DNA of 64,000 bases from Haliotis asinina (lineage: Eukaryota), in contig NC_090294.1 of assembly GCF_037392515.1 (NCBI RefSeq), positions 7,393,870 to 7,457,869 on the forward strand. The letters are read 5' to 3'. The position numbers and the translations under genes are program-made. The notes beneath the pieces are model-generated. The model saw nothing but the letters and a program-made list of their open reading frames with translations, was not told where the DNA came from and did not search any database. Below are positions 1-12,221 of this stretch, one piece after another; positions within the stretch are counted from its first letter, which is position 1; each line of letters begins with the position of its first letter.

Positions 1-64
1 TCGTCAGAGTTGCCTTGAAAGCTCATTTTCCAGACTGGTAGGCATTCAAGATCTAGGAACCAAC

Positions 65-682
65 ATGAGTTTGTTATACAGCAACAACTTCTCCCTATCT
101 CACATGTCAGTCTATGACTCGTCGTATGGCAGAGTAGGACTGGACTCGTCCTGGGACACTTCCATGACGCAAGAAATCCAACACGCGGATCCAAAACACA
201 AAAGACAAGCTAAGCACACACAGCAACGTAAGAGGCTTGGAGAGGGAAGTCTGGTGTGGGCTGTGACACAGTTTGGGGACACTATCAACGGATTCGATCA
301 AATCTCAAGCCAGGTCCAACAAATCGCTAACGTGTCCCAAATGCTGAACACCACGGTACAAGTGACATCAAGGGTGATGGTCGCCTTGGATCCAAATACA
401 CACGCTGACCTCCTTCTCTTCGCCATAAGACGGGTGAATAAATCAGAGCCCCATTCTTCTTTCAATGCCACGAATTACCTAGTTGCCTTGGATACATCCT
501 TTGGTGACGGCGAGGAAAACATTATGTGGACATTTCCCGTCCCCTATGATTATGAAGTTCAAGGTCAGATTGTCGTGCTGGAAGTTCCATGGGTGAACAG
601 TACCTCACCGCTTTTAGTCGCAACAGCTCAGGGCCCAGTCAGTCAGATAGCATTCGCTTTCAACTTCACTCAGATACTGTGA
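65..682 (+). CDS. Unknown 205-aa ORF with six N-x-S/T sequons. It may be a single or terminal exon; the frame stays open to the window start, and a possible acceptor AG lies at 32-33.
   Basis: 618-nt stop-free frame in AT-rich DNA. ATG at 65, TGA at 680-682, and AATAAA begins at 683. No recognised homology. Confidence 0.3.
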   Translation: MSLLYSNNFSLSHMSVYDSSYGRVGLDSSWDTSMTQEIQHADPKHKRQAKHTQQRKRLGEGSLVWAVTQFGDTINGFDQISSQVQQIANVSQMLNTTVQVTSRVMVALDPNTHADLLLFAIRRVNKSEPHSSFNATNYLVALDTSFGDGEENIMWTFPVPYDYEVQGQIVVLEVPWVNSTSPLLVATAQGPVSQIAFAFNFTQIL

Positions 683-688
683 ATAAAC
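683..688 (+). terminator. AATAAA polyadenylation signal immediately after the stop codon of ORF 65-682
   Basis: Exact AATAAA hexamer directly abutting the TGA. Confidence 0.3.
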
Positions 689-2004
689 CATTGCAGTGTG
701 ATATAACACTAAAGGCCCTACTTTATTGTTGGCCATTTCACCATTTGATGCTTTCGTCTAATTTATGATGAATGTTTCCCACTTGCTTCTGGACTGAAAC
801 ATCCGGCGACACCTCACAGCATACGGAACATATAAGAGGCATTTTCAGGACATATGTCCCATGTTATCTTGATCCTTTGGTTAGTTTGTTCAGTATAGGG
901 ACAAAATCAGTTTAACTTAACGATGTTGTGTAGTAAATGTTGTGATGATTAAAAAGGATATTGCCATTTGCTCAAGGTGCCGGATGTATCGTTAAAAAAA
1001 TATTTGTGACTTCCACCAACTTTCGTACATGTGTAATCATTGATACAAAGAATTTCTTTCACTAATAAAGTACCCGTGTTGTCCCAAATGACCGACCGTA
1101 GTCAAGTCAAATAGGTAAATTGGGATTGGCATCTGACTTCTGATTTCAGGTGTTGTCTGAAATGATAGTGAAACTCTCGACTGAAACAAATGACTGCATT
1201 AGTGTTAGTGATACCATAGTTATAAGATATTTGTGCGTTTCATGAACATGTACGTATGCTACGTAAATATACATACCTAGATAAATGTTAAATTCATAAT
1301 GCACTCTGCTCATATAATTTGATGTTGATTTTTTTTATCTGACAGTCACTTTACGAATTGTTTTAATGTCGTTGTTCAGTTATTTTTTGGATTATCTTAC
1401 CCAAATACTTATGCTAATATGCTGATATTCAATTTGATGCCATCCTACCACAAGTGGCACAAATATGCAGGCAAACCGTAAATCGACATATGATATTTAC
1501 ATTGCTTCAGTGGCATTTTCTACCAGAGACTTTACACTAAATATGTCATTGTTTTAGCCCTATGTAATTTCATACGTAACTATTTAGTATAAAGATCTGT
1601 ATCAGAATGACAGAGTGATAATATTCTTTTACTTGCCCTGTCTCCCAAACCCTACACTTTGCTCTGTCTATAAGGTCATCGAATGGAGTGGCGGACAATT
1701 ATAGCCGATTCACCCTTGAATTGGTAGTATTCCAGCTGGATCAAATATGTCAGCAAAATGTCGATCAAAACGGATCCCACTTTGCATCAGCGTCACTATG
1801 TGCACACGATGACGCCACAGAGACGGAGCCATAAAGGAAACTTTTGCATAAAGGCTACGGTTAAACATTACAGTTCTGTCGATCTGGCTATGTTAAACAA
1901 TCACAGTGACAAAGTGTTGGGACAAATACTCACGATAAATACTCAGGTAGACTAACGCTTAAACTCTAAATAGATATGATTTTGATAGTAACAAATAATC
2001 GCCA

Positions 2005-2130
2005 AAAGAGAGACGGCAAAGAGAACCTAGGGGCAATCTAAACTTGCGTCTTGTAGGGATTTGGCATTGCAGAGAGTAGGCAGTAGGAAACATAATGTGG
2101 TTCCGGGACTGTGAGAAAGACTAGTGCTTC
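2005..2130 (+). repeat. Interspersed repeat family C; related copies at 9335-9480 (+) and 11860-11950 (-)
   Basis: Shared blocks such as gggactgtgag and tctaRacttgc...ttgcagRgag among the three loci. Confidence 0.4.
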
Positions 2131-2467
2131 CAGTATGCTTGCTGCTGCTACTGCTTGTTAATTGATAATCGTTTCAGATTCTATATAGTTTCTAAATACA
2201 TATCATTGTGTTGAAAACAGTTAACCCCATTTCATTTTAAAATGGAATCACAGTTGCTGATAAATATCTAGATTTGCTTCTTTTGTAGATTATGAAAATG
2301 TATATTTTGTTATGGTAATTTGGGTTACATTTATGTTTGTTTCAGCAATGTAACTTCATACTTTCCACTTGTTGTAACTTATATATAGTGTTCAGAAGAC
2401 GATTGTTCTGCCTTTGGGGAGCAAATTCTGGTTTATGGGAGAGTGAATATGGTTTTAGGCCGCCCTA

Positions 2468-2588
2468 AGCATTATTCCAGCACACTAGACACTAGAAAAT
2501 GTGCCTCACACATTGTCCCATGTGGGGAATCGAACTCGGCCTTCGGCATGACGAGCGGACGCTTTATCCACTAAGCTACCCCAGCACA
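2468..2588 (-). mobile_element. tRNA-derived SINE, head type, minus orientation
   Basis: Reverse complement gives a tRNA-like head, ggggtagcttagtggataaagcg...ggttcgattcccc, followed by the gtgtgaRg body shared with other copies. Confidence 0.6.
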
Positions 2589-3195
2589 TATGTCCATGAC
2601 AAGTAGTTTTCGGGATTCAAGGTCGAGGACTTGAGTATCAGAATGTAAACAAAAGAAAGGAAACAGATTAAACACAAGAGATACTGGCATACCCTACAAA
2701 ATATAAACCGAGAATATCCTGAAAGATGTTTTAAACATTTGAACAGACGAAGCTCGCCCAAAACAGGTAATGTAGTAACGCTATTTTGTAAACTCATTTC
2801 CGGTTTTAGATGCATAAAGATGTATGCAAACGTAATAATAATAACGTGACATAATGGCCATTCTACCAGTTAGGCCTTCTAAACGTACGCGTGTTTATAA
2901 GCACGTTGTGGCTATGGTAAATTCGGCACCACACAACCTGTCTCGCGTTTAAGCCCCGCCCACTTCTCGACAATAACCACGAGCATACTGTGCAGAGCTG
3001 TCTGTGTTTTGTCTGTCACGCGACGCTCAAAGTGGCGGCACGGGTTTTAGTGACAGAAACGGCTTGATCGGGCGGGAATGTGCAGTGTTGGAAGATAACA
3101 TCAGTATAAATATTCGTGCATTCTGAGATTTTCTCCATAAAATCGTGTGTATGCGAATTGGGGTGCAAAAAATAAATGGACAAATGCCACCTTGT

Positions 3196-3350
3196 GGAAT
3201 CTCTGACCAGGTTGACATCTGATATCGTATCCCAACGGCGTAGATTCATGTTCATACAGTTGTTCACTTGATTGTCTGGGCCTGATTATTTACAGATCGC
3301 CGCCATACAGCTGGAATACTGTTGAGTGCGGCGCTAAACAACAACCAAAC
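3196..3350 (+). mobile_element. SINE, body/tail type
   Basis: Contains ttgattgtctgg...attatttacagatcgccgccatacagctggaatactgttgagtgcggcg, matching the tail consensus. Confidence 0.6.
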
Positions 3351-3811
3351 TAAAGCTACATTTAGCAATGCACCCCGTTCCAACGACAGGAATGGCTATT
3401 TGGTTTGACATCGTTTACATTCTTCATGTTCAGCTCATATTTTCAGAGTACAGAGTTGTTGTATTACATTGTACCAGACGAGTCGAAAGAATGATCAAAG
3501 TCTTAGCGTGTATCTTCCCTACATAGTCTATAGCTTTATAATGTCAGACTATTGAAATACCATGTCTAACATCAGTGAGTTAGATATTACGCCGCTTTTA
3601 CTAATTCCTTTTATTCTTGTTCAACCAGCTTCGGAGGTACAAAACAATACGTATATTTTGTGCATACATAAACAATGTGAAGATTAATTTGGGTTACATT
3701 CGATTACGTTTCATGAGTGTTGAGTTGATAATAGATATAAATCTGGAAAGCTTTTAGGCGTAAATAAAGATTTAAAAGTATGCACATCTGGAAACATATT
3801 GAATTTAAAGG

Positions 3812-3918
3812 GATATTCCAACATCAGAAATAGACTTCACACATTGCATCCATGTGGGGAATCGAACCCAGGTCTTCTGCGTCACGATCGAACGCTTTAA
3901 CCACTAAACTACCCTAAT
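3812..3918 (-). mobile_element. tRNA-derived SINE, head type, minus
   Basis: Reverse complement reads agggtagtttagtggttaaagcgttcgatcg...ggttcgattccccacatgg. Confidence 0.6.
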
Positions 3919-4977
3919 AACACCTTTACCCAGCTCAAACATTAGGTCAACAAATCGCGCTCTGCATTTTTCCTGCGAAATTACGTATATCTGTAAATAA
4001 TATTCAGATTCGTTGGCAAGTATCCGTACTACACCCAAGCCCGACAGCCTGATCCCGTTAGTCGCCGGTCACTAAGAGCATGGGTTGTAAGGTAATGTTA
4101 ATGTAATGGCACTTACGACTTCCTTAGCAGTAAGAGAGCTTAAAAAATCTAGGCGCTGGATCTTCACGGGTAGGTAATGTATATTGTATGATAAGCAAAT
4201 AGCGGAATGCAACAGATAGTATGTAATACTTGCACTTATATCATGCGATGTTGATACAGTCATGCATATATTGTGTTTACATATTTTGTTTATAATGTGA
4301 GGACATATATTACGGTATATATTTAAACTGTTTCTAACAACTCGTCTCCAAATGAAAATGCATGCTTGTAAATAAATTATAAAAATGTGTCAAGGCTTGT
4401 ATACGATGGTGAATACCCATCTAATCTGGAAACCCGCCTTCCACACATATCTACTGGACACGCCCATGTATGAATTGTCAAACGTTGGACTATTTCATTA
4501 CTTGTTGCGGGTTTTTTTAATACTGAAATTGGGGACGCAACAGTCAGAATAACGGTGTTATGATGTAATAAACTGCCCAACTGCTTCTTATTTATATCAA
4601 GCATGTCCTTCCGGCAGAGCTGGATGTGGGCGAATGAATGATATCAAGCGCCGCAGTAAGCAGTGTACCAGCTCTTTTATGGCGGAGTGTAAACAAGGGA
4701 GTCTGGATAAATCGATTCATTGATGATGGGAAATCAGTACGATCGTTCCTGCCTTTCACTGGGTTAGGGTTGCCCGAGTTAATCCACATCCAAACTGATT
4801 TTGTTACAAAGTTTTGTTTGTTTTTTTTAATTCAATGACATTTTGGGTTTTTTTAATTCAAGTAGAACGATCGGAATACTACCCTACCATATCCATTTTC
4901 AGACAAGACGATTCCCTTAGTACCTGTCAATCGACAGCTGTCTTGTACAGACTACAGCGGGTGAGCATAGTTTTACT

Positions 4978-5112
4978 ACGCTTTTAGCAATATTCCAGGA
5001 ATATCGCGGCAAGGGCCACCAGAAACAGACCTCACATAATATATCCATGAATGGAATCGAACCCACGCCTTCGTCAAAACGAGCAAACGCAATACTAACT
5101 AGACTATCCCCC
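4978..5112 (-). mobile_element. tRNA-derived SINE, head type, minus, divergent
   Basis: Reverse complement reads gggggatagtctagttagtattgcg...gggttcgattccattcatgg plus the attccagga tail. Confidence 0.5.
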
Positions 5113-5884
5113 TTCAGTGGATTCAGTTATCGCCCACTGTCACAATGTAGTCTCTTCCGACAAGCAACATGACCATTACTGTCAAGGTAAAGTCAGCTGA
5201 CGAAGTAAAACATAACACTGGTACGAATTCCATCTATATTCTAGGATACTAAAACTACTTTTCAATACAGAAGTGTTTTTTTACAAAGTCCACCTATTTA
5301 CAGGAGTCATATTCCATCAATATCTTATACTGACGGTCATAAAATAACATCAATAAAACTGTCGGAAACTTCTAAAATTTCAAATTTACAATGATGTATA
5401 ATCCTACATGCTAAAGCATCATAAATAAAAGCATTTAAACGCACGATAAGACCTACTAGATACTCAACAAAAAACGCTTAACCTTAAAATGATGTAAAAT
5501 TTCAGGCTAATTCTCAGAACGTACTATTTTTAACTAAAATGTCAGTCCATTTGACAGTCCATTGCACCAAACACGTTGCTAAAATGTCCCCGCACTTTAA
5601 CATATAAGCACTGCATGCTTTCTGTCAAAACGGTAAATTCGTTTTGAGCACAGCACTCTTCTTAACACATTCACGTGTTCCTAGACTAAACAATAAACAA
5701 AACTAGATAGTATATATCATACACAACACTGTGAGTTCATCATTTCCTCAATGAGTCAAGATTAAAATCAGTTGCGAATAAAAACAGCTCCTCATCTGGA
5801 AAACTGGATTCATGACGAGTCCCCGTCGATGCAACATACACTTGAAATGTGGAATGTAACAGTATTCACAACTCAGGACATTCT

Positions 5885-6787
5885 CTATGTACGCCGCTTT
5901 TTACCTGTGGCCATGCGCGTTGTGCGGAGAGGGGATGGGCTGGTTCGAAACTCTGAGTCGTTGTTGAAGGGGCAGTATTTGATAGTGTGGGCGTGGTCCC
6001 CGATGGCTTGGCAAATTGGACACGGGTATTTCCTTAACACTGGACACGCCGTATAGCCACGAGAATCCTTCAAAACATGCCCAGTGTACACATGTGGAGG
6101 TTCCTTGTTGTTCTTGCAAAATACACAGATCAACTTAGATTTCTTTTTCCCCTGCACCTGTAGCTGTGTAACATCCCCACGGGCGGTCTTGCATTGTTTC
6201 AGCCACAGATATTCCTTGATCCGATCATTTGGAACGACCGGGATCTCCCGGGTGGGGGGTTCGTGTCCGCGCACCTTCTGCTGTATGATGTCATACTCGT
6301 CCAATTCGTATGTAGTTCCGTTCCTTTCGAATTCCGCAGTTGTCAAAGCACGAAGTCTTTCCTGGTCTAGCTTGATGAAATTCGAATTCACGAGCGGTGG
6401 ATTTGAAGCTTGGAAAGATAAATACTTGAAACTGTCGCTACTTTCGTCCGATGACAGGGAAATATCGGAACTGGGGCTCAGCTCGGCCCGGCCCCCGGCG
6501 AACTCCTGACACAATCCAAAGTAGTCCTGGTAGGGGTCGTAGATGTGGTCGTTGCCCAGACATAACACGTCGCTAAGCGCGGAGTCATTCCTACCTGTGA
6601 ACTCTTCTTTGGTGGGCAAGATTTTCTTCTTGGCGAGCTGTGGCGTGAATTTGGGGATCTGGGGGAGAAGTAGGCTTTGGCTATATGGAACTCCATCCCC
6701 AGCAAGTAGTTCGAAGTCGTCAGTCGTACGACAATCCCCGGAGTCAGGTTCCAGCACAGGGTGTAGCAGCATTGTTGTATCAGCCAC
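5885..6787 (-). CDS. nanos: Nanos homologue. Intronless, 300 aa, with a C-terminal nanos-type zinc finger (2x CCHC).
   Basis: ORF translation ends with [53 protein letters not shown]. This fits the diagnostic nanos pattern C-x2-C-x12-H-x10-C-x7-C-x2-C-x7-H-x4-C. The zinc finger lies at about 5993-6157. Confidence 0.85.
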   Translation of the reverse strand: MADTTMLLHPVLEPDSGDCRTTDDFELLAGDGVPYSQSLLLPQIPKFTPQLAKKKILPTKEEFTGRNDSALSDVLCLGNDHIYDPYQDYFGLCQEFAGGRAELSPSSDISLSSDESSDSFKYLSFQASNPPLVNSNFIKLDQERLRALTTAEFERNGTTYELDEYDIIQQKVRGHEPPTREIPVVPNDRIKEYLWLKQCKTARGDVTQLQVQGKKKSKLICVFCKNNKEPPHVYTGHVLKDSRGYTACPVLRKYPCPICQAIGDHAHTIKYCPFNNDSEFRTSPSPLRTTRMATGKKRRT

Positions 6788-6910
6788 AGGTCGCCTCCGA
6801 GTTGAAGATGGTAGCCTCGGTCAGTGATGCGCCGCCTAAGGTGATACTATTTGGCAGCGCTGACGACTCTTGCACCTGGCGCGTGTGACAGTGCACGCAG
6901 TCCACGTGCG

Positions 6911-6917
6911 TTTTATA
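6911..6917 (-). promoter_or_regulatory. TATAAAA on the minus strand, about 125 nt upstream of the nanos ATG; candidate TATA box
   Basis: Forward-strand ttttata at 6911-6917 reads TATAAAA on the minus strand. Confidence 0.25.
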
Positions 6918-7671
6918 ACTTGCCATACGTCCAGGCCGCCAACGACGTTCATTGGCTTAGGTGTCCCCCGTCAATTAAGCACTGGGCGGAGCTTACATTA
7001 TTTGTAAACATAAATCACGTGACACGATAGAACTTCGGAAAACGATGCAACTTTATACCAGAAATGTAGATTAAGTACATGTATTGCATTCCAACCATGG
7101 AAACTGATTTAGATGCCATATTCTTAAAAAATACTTTGATGATGTGTTTAGTACGTGTATGCACAAAAGGAATTGTTATAAGGGCGACGTGAAAAAAATT
7201 ACTCGAAAAAGATACGGGAAACAACACTGATGTATAATACCTAAGCTGTTATTGTATTAAAACTTGTACAGTTAATATGGTTAATATTACACTGCATCAA
7301 CTTGACCGACCACGCAAGGAATGTGGGACCAGCCTGGGAGGACGGACAACAGTGACACAATGTAACACTACGTTAATGTGTGGTATAGCTACAGTATTGC
7401 CACGGGCTGTTCAAACACGGCGGGTACGTTTGAAGTGTATCACAGTGAGGGACAGTTCCTGGAAATCACTCTCACTGCAATATCTTGCTGTAGAGTAACC
7501 CGTGAAAAAGGGTCCATGAAATTGTTTTGTTTAAAGCCGCACTAAACAATATTCAATGGCAGAAGACAGTTATGCGTTAATGTAGATTATTATAAGAAGT
7601 AAGTCAATATTGTTGTGATTTATCAAAATGTTTATCTAAAGCGAGGGTCATAAGAACACCAGTGTGACAGT

Positions 7672-7800
7672 AAAGCTGGACCAGACAATCCAGTGGTCAG
7701 CATCATCGATCTGCGCAAGTGGGAACCACCCGATCACGTTAATCGCCTCTTACGACAAGCATAATCGCCTTTTTGTGGCAAGCATGGGGTGCTGAAGGTC
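7672..7800 (-). mobile_element. SINE body type, partial, minus
   Basis: Reads ctggaccagacaatccagtggtcagcatcatcgatctg...cttacgacaagcataatcgcc, the reverse complement of the body consensus. Confidence 0.55.
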
Positions 7801-7949
7801 TATCCACGGGGCAATTTGAACCAAAATATTTTCAGCATGTTATAACTATGGTAGCGTAATAATATATTTCAAGACTGGTACTTTAAGACATACATTAAAT
7901 AAACTACAGTCCACTGCTTTTCTTCTGGATTCCAGCTATACGGCGGTGG

Positions 7950-8110
7950 TCAGTAAATAATCGAGTCTGGAACAGACAATCCAGACATCAACGGCCATGA
8001 GTATCGATCTACCCACGTGGGATACCTGGGCATGCATCAATTGAATCAGAGTACCTGACCACCCGACCGAGTTAGACGCCTCTTACAAGAAGCAACCCGT
8101 GAAAGTCCCG
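7950..8110 (-). mobile_element. SINE body type, minus. This is the left arm of a head-to-head pair.
   Basis: Reverse complement of the unit at 8125-8350, at about 80 percent identity. Confidence 0.6.
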
Positions 8111-8124
8111 GGGTAGAATAGACC

Positions 8125-8350
8125 TTCAGCAACCCATGCTTGCCATAAAAGGCGACTATGCTTGTCGTAAGAGGCTTCTAACGGGATCGGGTGGTCAGGC
8201 TCGCTGACTTGGTTGACACATGCCATCGGTTCCCAATTGGGCAGATCGATGCTCATGTTGTTGATCACTGGATTGTCTGTTTCCAGACTCGATTATTTAC
8301 AGACCGCCGCCATATGGCTGGAATATTGCTGAGTGCGGTGTAAAACTAAA
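8125..8350 (+). mobile_element. SINE body/tail type, plus. This is the right arm of the head-to-head pair.
   Basis: Ends ...tggattgtctgtttccagactcgattatttacagaccgccgccatatggctggaatattgctgagtgcggtgtaaaactaaactcaatcactc. Confidence 0.65.
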
Positions 8351-9334
8351 CTCAATCACTCTTACAACAAGCACTGGCTAGTGAGGATCAGATCCTACAC
8401 GGATCTTAACGGGTGGCATTTACCGGAAAGGCAAGTGGTTCTGTTGCCTGATGTGGATGAGGTTAGTGAGCGAATGTTGCACAACGCCGCAGTTTGGACT
8501 GTCACAGAATTTTGCATCACGGCCACCACCCTGTAACATATCTGTATCATTCGAGTCTACGTTAATGTATGGGAGTTAACATCGCTGGCAGGTCGTAGTG
8601 GAGGGTGCAGAAACACACAACATGATAGATAATACCTCATACCTACTCAGAACCCACCCATTCAAGAGAAGTGCGACATTCAGAGCATACCAAGTGTTTG
8701 AGTTAAGAGAATATGGGTCAAGGTTCGATGTCCCTACGCATGCGCCGCCTGCGCCGCACTCTGCTTTGATGTGCTCGAGTCTTGATACTCTGTTCAACAT
8801 GATGTCAGTATTGACATTCGAAGAGGGTTCGTGTTGCCATGAATATTTTGGTTCCTCTTTCCGATCTACATGAAATGTATTAGTTAGTTTATGCGTAAAT
8901 GATTGGTTACGATTCTGTCATTGAAGTGCGAGATGACTTGTTTCCATGTCAGTGTTCACGGTACCGTGTTTTAACAGTAGATGAAGCGGGGATACACGCA
9001 CATCTCACCCTCGAGACGAATGTTTAGATAGTAACGAAAACTTACACATTTGTTGTGGAAATAAATCATAAAAAGTTTCCGATTGAAATCTGTACAAAAT
9101 TCTAGTCACAAATGATACTGTTCGGTCATGACCTTTTACGCCGCACGCAGAAAATGCGCTGTATATTATCTGACAGACTGGGACATAGAAGCCAGGATTT
9201 GACAAACCAAGGGTCGCTGTTACCACGGCGTACGAACAACCAGTTGCTCTGTCCCATTTCAGTTCTAGACTATTGCTTAGTCCTTGAATATATTAATTGT
9301 TATTGTTACAAATAAATAAGTAAATTGGAAAAGA

Positions 9335-9480
9335 TCCCCACGGAGACTGGGTAAATCTAGACTTGCTTCATTTAGAACTTGGGCATAAGTGTTGCAGGGA
9401 GGGCTAGATTGTAGGGAAAAGGATACTGTTCAGGGACTGTGAGCAAGATCAGATCAGTTCCAACCTCACGACGAGTACTG
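9335..9480 (+). repeat. Repeat family C copy
   Basis: Similar to 2005-2130. Confidence 0.4.
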
Positions 9481-9675
9481 GAGATCTATTATGTCTTTTC
9501 TTTACAAACGTTGGTAACACCGTGCGAAAAACAATTCTGTTTCTAACGCGTGCCATAATTGTTTACAAATATAGACGTAAACCCGCCATAGTTGAAAGAG
9601 TTAATACAGACGGACCTTTTGGCAATACCGTCCAGGTAAACAAGTTATTCATTCAAGTTTTGTACTGCTCAGCAA

Positions 9676-9812
9676 ATTGGGGTGGAGGGGTAAGCTAGTG
9701 GCTAAACCGTTCGCTCGTCAGGCCGAAGACTGCAGTTCGACTCTCCACATGGATATAATGTGTGAAGCCCATTTCTGGTGTCGCCTACCATGACATTGCT
9801 GGAATATAGGTA
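9676..9812 (+). mobile_element. tRNA-derived SINE, head type, plus
   Basis: Reads ggggtaagctagtggctaaaccgttcgctcgtcaggccgaagactgcagttcgactctccacatgg...gtgtgaagcccatttctggtgtc...gctggaatat. Confidence 0.6.
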
Positions 9813-11439
9813 CATGTATATTCCTGCGTAAAAATAAACGCACTCACTCACTGAAGCAAGACTAGATTCTGAGACTCAAATCGGACTTGAGTTTGTTTGA
9901 AATTTATACATTACACCTTGTTTCAGGCAATATATGTATTTTCAGAAACGAAGGTTGCCAGCCACAAACCGTAGAAGTGGGAAGGATGAACGGAGGTTAA
10001 GTAAGTCATGGAGGGGGTCTAGTCAGGGAGGGGGTGTTAAATAACGGGGTCTGTAAACTGTTTGGATCTTCATCGGTAATTGGAGATGAAAGATACCCGT
10101 CGTTTATTGTCGCTCAGCCTCTGTACCTCATTAGCTATCTGTTGATTCGTGTCACCACATACCGCACCCCCCTCATGCCTCAACCCCCCTCACGCCGTGC
10201 CTCATAGAACCTGGGCATCACACGTGTCAGGAAGTGCAGGGCTAGTAGCCGAGATTACATCAGTGTCTCAATAATGAGTAAAGGATTATCCAAATTACAG
10301 TGGTGCCGGCTCGGACGAATGGAATGTAAATAAACAAATAAACAATGGGTGAAGGTCGATTACCCTCAGATACATTGGAACTCATTCCTTCATATACATG
10401 CATAATTACGTGATATTTATGAATCTGCATAAATCCACGGGATTTAACCGTAGAACTTTCACTCTGTCCCTGTCCCCCTGAGCTATATGTAATGTTAAAT
10501 AATATTTGTTTCTGTTTTCATTAAGCTTGTAGTTTGTCCAGGGAGATTCACTTACAGATTGTTGTAGATGGCCTCTGGGTTGTGTCAGACCAATATTACA
10601 AGCAAAAAGTTTTGCTTACTTCGTTAATATTTTAAGGATCTTTGACCCTCCCAAATTTACCAAAATGGTTTACCAAATTGGTTTCAGATTGGAGACCTGG
10701 CTCACTCCTCGTGGTGTAAAGCATGACATGTATCTGAGCCGACATTAGTTGGTACAAAAACTGATAATTTGTATTGACGGTTTGTAAACAGCTTGGTGTC
10801 ACTCTGTCTCTCCCACTCCCAGCAGTTATGGTCCGGGGAAAGCGAAATCTGGATCAAACCTCTCAATTCTGCCGTCGCTTTCGCGGAAACGTCCATCCTG
10901 CGGCGAACGATGAACTTACTGTTCGCCGGTTTAGATGTGAATGTAGTTTTATACCTCTTTATTCTCTTATTCGCAGGTGACGCAGTACTTACGAGTCAAA
11001 GTCTAAATGGACTCCACAGATTATTAAAACCGTTCCATATGTATTGTATGCAGTGGAAACACGATATCAGTATATTCAAACCTGAACTTGTTTTATTTGT
11101 ACGCTGATCTTAATTATTTGATCTTTGTTTTACATGTAAAAAGGTCTGACGTATTCATTTATTGCGCGCGTGCACGCACGCACTCACGCACACATACACA
11201 TTTGTACAACGTGCCATAACCAGAGCCTTTCACTTGAGATGAAGTTTACTAATACCTAACTAAGCCTAAGTTGAGTTGAGGCCTACTCAGGTATTAGGAA
11301 ACTTCATCTCAGTCGAGAGACTCAGAGATCGAGTATTGGGGTCGCGAGCTAATCTGAAGTACAGCCATCCGATGTTTTCAAAGCAATTCGATTGCGCTTG
11401 ACTTCTAGCACAACGTTGGTTTTCGGGAAAAGGGAATAT

Positions 11440-11800
11440 CAAAATTTCGCCCACCCCCTCAGATGGGAGAGTCGAGCCGTAGATTCGCTCAAGTGAGGTG
11501 AAATGGCATTTAACCTCGTTCTTAAGAATATTTCGCTCATATGACGATGTGCATGCCTGTGAAAGCGCATGTGACTGCTTGCACTAACTAGCCTGGTTTT
11601 ATAGCGTTAGCACACCGACATACCATGTCGCAGTTAAGCATGAATTACCCCATCCAGACATATATACGGCCTCAGTCTTTGTTGTACCCATTAATGTTTA
11701 TAGTGCCAGGCACTTTTTAATGCCCTTTGGTATGACGTGACCGAGGATCGAACCCGCGACATTCCACTCTCCGGGCTAACGCTCTAACCACTACACCACG
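11440..11800 (-). mobile_element. Second SINE-like family B with a tRNA-like terminus. A related copy lies at 51480-51900.
   Basis: Shares aagaatatttcgctcat, tgtacccattaatg and a tRNA-like end (ggttcgatcctcgg in the reverse complement) with 51480-51900. Confidence 0.45.
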
Positions 11801-11859
11801 CACAATAGGATGAAATTACTACATGTGCATTCATGGGCTAAGCACTCAGTACAACGTTA

Positions 11860-11950
11860 GAACAAGGCTATGCGTTGAACTTACACAGGCGTGGCAATAG
11901 CCTGTCTCACAGTCCCTGAAGCACTAAGTGATCCACCTAAAAGAAGACCA
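11860..11950 (-). repeat. Repeat family C copy, minus
   Basis: Contains cacagtccctgaa, the reverse complement of the family C core ttcagggactgtg. Confidence 0.35.
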
Positions 11951-12169
11951 CCTCTCGGATCAGAAACACGATATGTTAGCCACTAGTAGTTTTACCTTAG
12001 CAACCAGTCAACATGGCGTCATGGCAGGTGCTATATATTTAGTATAAAAACGAACCATTCCACATTCGAAACCAGTATTCCATTCCATACTACACACACT
12101 GTGGAACAAATATCGTCTTTATGCATGAAAAATGCAGGCCTCCGGCCGATGTTCATTGTTCATACATTA

Positions 12170-12186
12170 GGAGAGAGAGAGAGAGA

Positions 12187-12218
<32 letters not shown>
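12170..12218. repeat. (GA)n microsatellite followed by a poly-G run at 12225-12235
   Basis: Reads gagagagagagagagggagagagagagagagagagagagag, then gggggggggg. Confidence 0.9.

Positions 12219-12221
<3 letters not shown>

Noticed and set aside
6084-6888. Plus-strand ORFs of 141 aa, 94 aa and 67 aa overlapping nanos
   Set aside because: They are antisense and overlap the well-supported nanos CDS. They are composition artefacts.
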